A DNA stretch of 64,000 nt from an uncultured Pseudomonadota bacterium (GTDB taxonomy: Bacteria > Pseudomonadota > Alphaproteobacteria > JACZXZ01), in the NCBI GenBank assembly GCA_963749075.1, contig CAVVLJ010000017.1:832001-896000 (forward strand), given 5' to 3'. Under the pieces are notes generated by a model. It worked only from the letters and a program-made list of their open reading frames with translations. It searched no databases and had not been told where the DNA came from. Each line of letters starts with the position of its first letter. Position 1 is the first letter of the stretch. Of the stretch, positions 59,368 through 64,000 are shown piece by piece. The position numbers and the translations under genes were made by a program.

Positions 59368-60514
59368 ATGCGCAGCGAAATCGAAGCGATCGCGGGCCAA
59401 ATCGAGCAGTCCCTCGAGCTGCTGAGGAGGCATCTTTGACTTGGACGGCGCCGAGCGGAAGCTCGTAGCACTCAACGCGCGCGCCGAGGACCCCAAGCTG
59501 TGGGACGACCCTGAGGGCGCCCAGCGCCTGATGCGCGAGCGCACGCTCGTCGAGAAGAAGGTCGCCGGCTTCCGCGCCCTCGAGCGCGAGTACAAGGACA
59601 GCCTCGAGCTCATCGAGATGGCGGAAGCGGAGGGCGACGCCGGCGTTGCCGCCGACGCCGAGGCCAGTTTACGCGCCGTGGCTGCTCGCGCCGCCAAGGA
59701 GGAGCTCGCGAGCCTGCTCTCGGGCGAGGCGGATGCGAACGACGCCTTCCTCGAGGTGCACGCCGGCGCCGGCGGCACCGAGTCCCAGGACTGGGCGGAG
59801 ATGCTGCTCCGCATGTACATGCGCTGGGCCGAGCAGCGCGGCTACAAGGTTGAGTTCATCGAGGAGAGCCCGGGCGAGGAGGCCGGCATCAAGTCCGCCA
59901 CGCTCAAGGTCTCGGGCGACCACGCCTACGGCTGGCTCAAGACCGAGTCGGGCGTGCACCGCCTGGTCCGCATCTCGCCCTTCGATTCGAACGCGCGCCG
60001 CCACACGAGCTTCGCCTCGATCTGGGTCTATCCGGTGATCGACGACACCATCGCCATCGACATCCAGGAGAAGGACCTGCGCATCGACACCTACCGCGCC
60101 TCGGGTGCGGGCGGCCAGCACGTCAACCGCACGGACAGCGCCGTGCGCATCACCCACCTGCCGAGCGGCATCGTCGTGCAGTGCCAGAACGACCGCTCGC
60201 AGCACCGCAACCGCGCCACCGCCTTCGCCATGCTCAAGGCGCGGCTCTACGAGGAGGAGCTCAGGAAGCGCGAGGCGGCCCTCCAGAAGGAGCACGAGGC
60301 CAAGAGCGAGATCGCCTGGGGCCACCAGATCCGCTCCTACGTGCTGCATCCCTACCAGATGGTGAAGGACCTGCGCACCGGCGTGGAGACGAGCGACTCG
60401 AAGGGCGTGCTCGACGGCGGCCTCGACCGCTTCCTCGAGGCCTCCTTGGCTGGGCGCATCAAGGGCGGCGAAGGTCCCGCCGCGGAGGCCGGCGCAGCAC
60501 CGCCCGCCACGTAG
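59368..60514 (+). CDS. prfB: Peptide chain release factor 2 (programmed +1 frameshift)
   Basis: [23 protein letters not shown], then AGGAGG-CAT-CTTTGAC shift site; SPF and GGQ motifs. Confidence 0.97.
59425..59440 (+). promoter_or_regulatory. prfB autoregulatory +1 frameshift site
   Basis: Internal SD AGGAGG, 3-nt spacer, CTT TGA C. Confidence 0.95.
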
Positions 60515-60571
60515 CCACCCTCTTTGAAATGAGATGAAAGAGCAGGATACCCGCCTGCCGCGGGCGGCAAC

Positions 60572-60658
60572 TCACACCAGAATCGACAGCAAGAGCAGCG
60601 AAACGATGCCCACGGCCATCGCCGCCATGGGCAGGATCATGTACCAGTCACGTCGCAT
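60572..60658 (-). CDS. 28-aa single-TM small protein [28 protein letters not shown]
   Basis: AAGGAGG RBS ~9 nt upstream of ATG; intergenic; hydrophobic. Confidence 0.55.
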   Translation of the reverse strand: MRRDWYMILPMAAMAVGIVSLLLLSILV

Positions 60659-60850
60659 CGCCCGCCGCCTCCTTGTTGCGCTGCGAACGTGATACGCCGG
60701 AGGGCGCGCCCACCTTGCGCCGGTACCACGCGGTCCTGCTCGCGATGGCGTGACTTGAAAGCGGGCGCCGGGCATGACATCTCAAGGAGGCGGCGGGCGG
60801 GGGCGGGCCTTTTGCCGCCGCGCGCCGCGAGGCTTTCGGGAGAGACCGCC

Positions 60851-61513
60851 ATGTGGGCATTCGCAAGGAAAAAACTCGCGCTGCCGACGCGCGAGGAGGC
60901 GCTGCCGGGACGCGCCACGCCCATCCGCTCGGGCGAGCGCCACTTCGTCAGCGGCCGGCCGCTCAAGCCACCCTTTCCCGCCGGCCTCGAGCAGGCGGTC
61001 TTCGGCCTCGGCTGCTTCTGGGGCGCCGAGCGCTGCTTCTGGCAGGCCAAGGGCGTCTACGTCACCGCCGTCGGCTATGCCGGCGGCGAGACGCCCAACC
61101 CGAGCTACGAGGAGGTGTGCAGCGGCCTGACCGGCCATACCGAGGCCGTGCTCGTCGTCTATGATCCGAAGCTCGCGAGCTACGAGAGCCTCCTCAAGCT
61201 CTTCTGGGAAAGCCACGACCCCACCCAAGGCATGCGCCAGGGCAACGACGCAGGCACCCAGTACCGCTCGGCGATCTATGCTTACGGTGCGGCCCAGAAG
61301 CGCGCCGCCGAGGCCTCGCGCGATGCCTTCCAGAAGGCGCTCAATGCAGCCGGCCACGGCGCCATCACGACCGAGATCCGCGGGGCGCCGCCCTTCTACT
61401 ACGCCGAGGACTATCACCAGCAGTACCTCGCCAAGAACCCGCACGGCTATTGCGGGCTCGGCGGCACCGGCGTGAGCTGCCCGGTCGGCATCGCGGCAAG
61501 TGCTGCGGAGTGA
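60851..61513 (+). CDS. msrA: Peptide-methionine (S)-S-oxide reductase
   Basis: [60 protein letters not shown]. Confidence 0.96.
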   Translation: MWAFARKKLALPTREEALPGRATPIRSGERHFVSGRPLKPPFPAGLEQAVFGLGCFWGAERCFWQAKGVYVTAVGYAGGETPNPSYEEVCSGLTGHTEAVLVVYDPKLASYESLLKLFWESHDPTQGMRQGNDAGTQYRSAIYAYGAAQKRAAEASRDAFQKALNAAGHGAITTEIRGAPPFYYAEDYHQQYLAKNPHGYCGLGGTGVSCPVGIAASAAE

Positions 61514-61542
61514 AGCCGCACTGGTGCCTCGGACCGGGTGCG

Positions 61543-61662
61543 GCGGGTCCTTCGAGACGCTCGCTGCGCTCGCTCCTCAGGATGAGGCTAACTCTTTCTG
61601 CCACACACAAATTTAACTCATCCTGAGGAGTGCCCCGAAGGGGCGCGTCTCGAAGGACCCGC
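61543..61662. repeat. Inverted REP doublet (CTCATCCTGAGGAG..GTCTCGAAGGA type) between convergent msrA and bcp
   Basis: Arms 61543-61586 and 61617-61662 are reverse complements with variable internal loops, separated by a 30-nt spacer. Confidence 0.85.
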
Positions 61663-61730
61663 GGTGGCGCTGCAAACCTCCTTGCAATGTATGAACACCG
61701 CAATAGCGGGCGTGGTGCGCTGCTCCGCCC

Positions 61731-62195
61731 TCACAGCCGCTTGAGTGCCGCCAGTACCTCCTCGACGTGGCCGGGGATTTTCACCTTGCGCCACACGCCG
61801 CGCACCTTGCCGGCCTTGTCGATGAGGAAGGTGGCGCGCTCGATGCCCATGTACTTGCGGCCGTACATGCTCTTCTCCACCCAGGTGCCGTAGGCGCTGC
61901 ACACGGCGCCGTCCTCGTCGGAGACGAGGGCGAAGGGGAGCTTGTACTTGGCCTTGAACTTGTCGTGGGAGGCGGCGCTGTCGCGCGAGACGCCGATCAC
62001 CGCGGCATGCGCCTTGCCGAAGTCCGGCAGCGCGTCGCGGAAGCCGCAGGCCTCCTTGGTGCAGCCCGAGGTGTCGTCCTTCGGATAGAAGTAGAGGATG
62101 ACGTTCTTGCCCTTGAGCTTGGCGAGGCTGAGCTTGCCGCCGCCGTCGGTCCCTGCTGTGAAGTCGGGCGCCGCATCGCCTACATCGACGCTCAT
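61731..62195 (-). CDS. bcp: Thioredoxin-dependent thiol peroxidase (BCP/PrxQ)
   Basis: LYFYPKDDTSGCTKEACGFRD, KSMYGRKYMGIERATFLID. Confidence 0.95.
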   Translation of the reverse strand: MSVDVGDAAPDFTAGTDGGGKLSLAKLKGKNVILYFYPKDDTSGCTKEACGFRDALPDFGKAHAAVIGVSRDSAASHDKFKAKYKLPFALVSDEDGAVCSAYGTWVEKSMYGRKYMGIERATFLIDKAGKVRGVWRKVKIPGHVEEVLAALKRL

Positions 62196-64000
62196 GGCAT
62201 GGCCTCCTTGGTTGCTTCGCTGGCTTCGCTGGCTTCGCGGGCGGCCGCGGCGCGCGCGGCCGGCTCGGCGATGAGGGTTGCGAAATGCTTGTGGACGCGC
62301 CGCGCGGTGTCGCGCAGCTGGTGCTTGAGGGCGAGGAAGTCGGCAGCACCGGCAGCGCGCGCGATGACGCGGCGCAGGCCCTCGGGTGCTGCCGCCTCCG
62401 CGAAGCGGCGCTCCTCGGCGAGGCGGACGATGCCCTGCACCCGGCGCCAGAGCCGGGTCGCCGCGATGAGCTCGAGGGCGGTCTCGCGCGGCAGGTAGCC
62501 GCAGGCCGCGAGCCGCTCGAAGGCGTCCGTCGTATTGCTGCCGAGCACCTCGGGCCGCCGCGCCGCGTGGCGCAGCTGGAGATACTGCGCGATGAACTCG
62601 AGGTCGACGAAGCCGCCGCGCACGCGCTTGCCTTCCCAGATGTCCTCGCTGCGGTGCGTGCGCTCGATGCGCGCGCGCATGTCGGCCACGTCGAGGAGGA
62701 GCTGCTCAGCGTCGCGCTCGGCCGTGAGCACGGAGAGGAGGGCGGCCTCGATGCGCGCCGCCAAGGCGGAGGCGCCATAGACCACGCGGGCGCGGGTGAG
62801 CGCCATGTGCTCCCACGTCCAGGCCGATTGCCGCTGATAGTCGGCGAAGCCCTTGAGGCTGGTGGCGAGCGGCCCCTTCTCGCCGGACGGCCGCAAGCGC
62901 ATGTCGACGTCGTAGAGCCGGCCCTCCGCGGTGGGCGAGACGAGCGCCCCCAGCAGGCGTTGCGAGAGCCGCACGTAATAATGACTGGGGGCGAGCGGCC
63001 GCCGCCCGTCGGAGGCCTCCACCTCCTCGGCTGCCTCGTAGATGAAGAGGAGATCGAGATCGGAACGTCATGGTCATCTCGCGGCCGCCGAGCTTGCCGA
63101 GGGCGACGACGGCGAGCGAGCCTGCCGCGATGCGGCCGTGGCTCTCCGCGAGCTCGGCCGTGACCGGCTCGGCGAGGGCGCCGATCACGCTTTCCGCGAT
63201 GTCGGCAAGCATGGGCCCGGCCGCCTCGGGGTCGAGCGTGCCGCGCAGCATCTGCGCGCCGACCTGGAATTTGCGGTCGTTCGCCCAGCGCCGCGCGATG
63301 TCGAGCACGTCCTCGAAGTCGCGCGCCTGGCGAAGCGCCTCGGCGAGGCTCTCGCCGAGCGCCGGCTTAGCCGGCAGGCTTGCGAAGAAATCGCTCGAGA
63401 GCACGGCGTCGAGGAGAATGGGATGCTGGGCGAGCTGCGCAGCGAGGCGTGGAGCGCTCCCCATGATGTCGGCCACGAGGGCGAGCAGGCCCGGGTTCGA
63501 ATGGAAGAGGGCGAAGAGCTGCACGCCCGAAGGCAGGCGGGAGAGGAAGCGGTCGAAGCTCATGAAGGCCGCGTCGGGATTGACGGCGCGGCCGAGCGCC
63601 TGGAGGAGTGCCGGGGTGAGCTCCGTCAGGAGCTCCCGCGCGCGCGTGCTGCGCATGGCGCGGTAGCGGCCGTGGTGCCAGCCGCGGATGGTGGCCGAAA
63701 CCGCCTTGGGCTCCCGGAAGCCGAGCTTGGCGATGGTCAGAAGCGTCTCGGGGTCGTGGTCGGCGCCGGTGAAGACGAGATTCCCGGCGGCCGCACCCAG
63801 TTCCGGCGCCTCCTCGAAGAGGCGCCCGTAATGCCCCTCGACGCGCCTGAGATGGCGGAGGAGCTCGGCGCCGAAGCTCGCGGCATCGGCGAAGCCGAGG
63901 AAGACGGCCAGTGCCGCGAGCCCGTCCGGGCGGCTCGGCAGCGTCTGGGTCTGCTGGTCGTCGATCATCTGCAGGCGATGCTCGACCTTGCGCAGAAAGG
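62192..64000 (-). CDS. glnE: Bifunctional glutamine synthetase adenylyltransferase, 3' part (frameshift at ~63065; 5' end outside window)
   Basis: LRKVEHRLQMIDDQQT, WHHGRY, LGKLGGREMT|SDLDLLFIY, LYDVDMRLRPSG, WEHMALTRAR, GGFVDLEFIAQYLQL. Confidence 0.92.

Noticed and set aside
63055-63075. glnE (and amidase, SDR, CHAT) as pseudogenes or programmed frameshifts
   Set aside because: Each has a single extra base, otherwise intact motifs and no slippery site or stimulator; sequencing error is the simpler explanation, though unverified.

Overview
High-GC alphaproteobacterial chromosome segment. It looks Rhodospirillales-like: rne-amiC-mrcA-prfB and glnE-bcp synteny, an alpha-type RNase E C-terminus, alpha-type Fur boxes and CGTC-type REPs. 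Left part (1-17 kb): transport and metabolic genes (MdtA, MocR regulator, SDRs, UxaA, amidase, three MFS pumps, OYE, mtgA) plus an unannotated 23-aa Lys-rich sORF with its own promoter and terminator. 17.5-23 kb: a Fur-boxed iron-uptake locus (OprB porin, beta-propeller, Tat-DyP, cupredoxin, FTR1). 23-29.4 kb: exported TPR-CHAT protease, secreted protein and CHASE2 cyclase. 29.4-36.4 kb: an island, partly lower in GC, of single genes separated by a family of ~25-bp palindromic elements. One element is split by a complete group II intron whose EBS1 loop matches the element core, and another carries the probable 5' stub of a second intron. 36.9-43 kb: a triple-TIR-fold protein next to an effector-less, membrane-anchored nSTAND1-TPR ATPase. 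43.8-46.9 kb: two Tat-signal NAD(P)-dependent enzymes flanking an Npt/TLC-type nucleotide translocase homologue. Then MORN-repeat proteins, rne, amiC, mrcA, an orphan antitoxin, prfB (programmed +1 frameshift), msrA, bcp and partial glnE. Four other single-base frameshifts look like sequencing errors, three of them repairable at GANTC sites. No rRNA, tRNA or CRISPR array was found. All family calls come from motif recognition by eye; no database searches were run.
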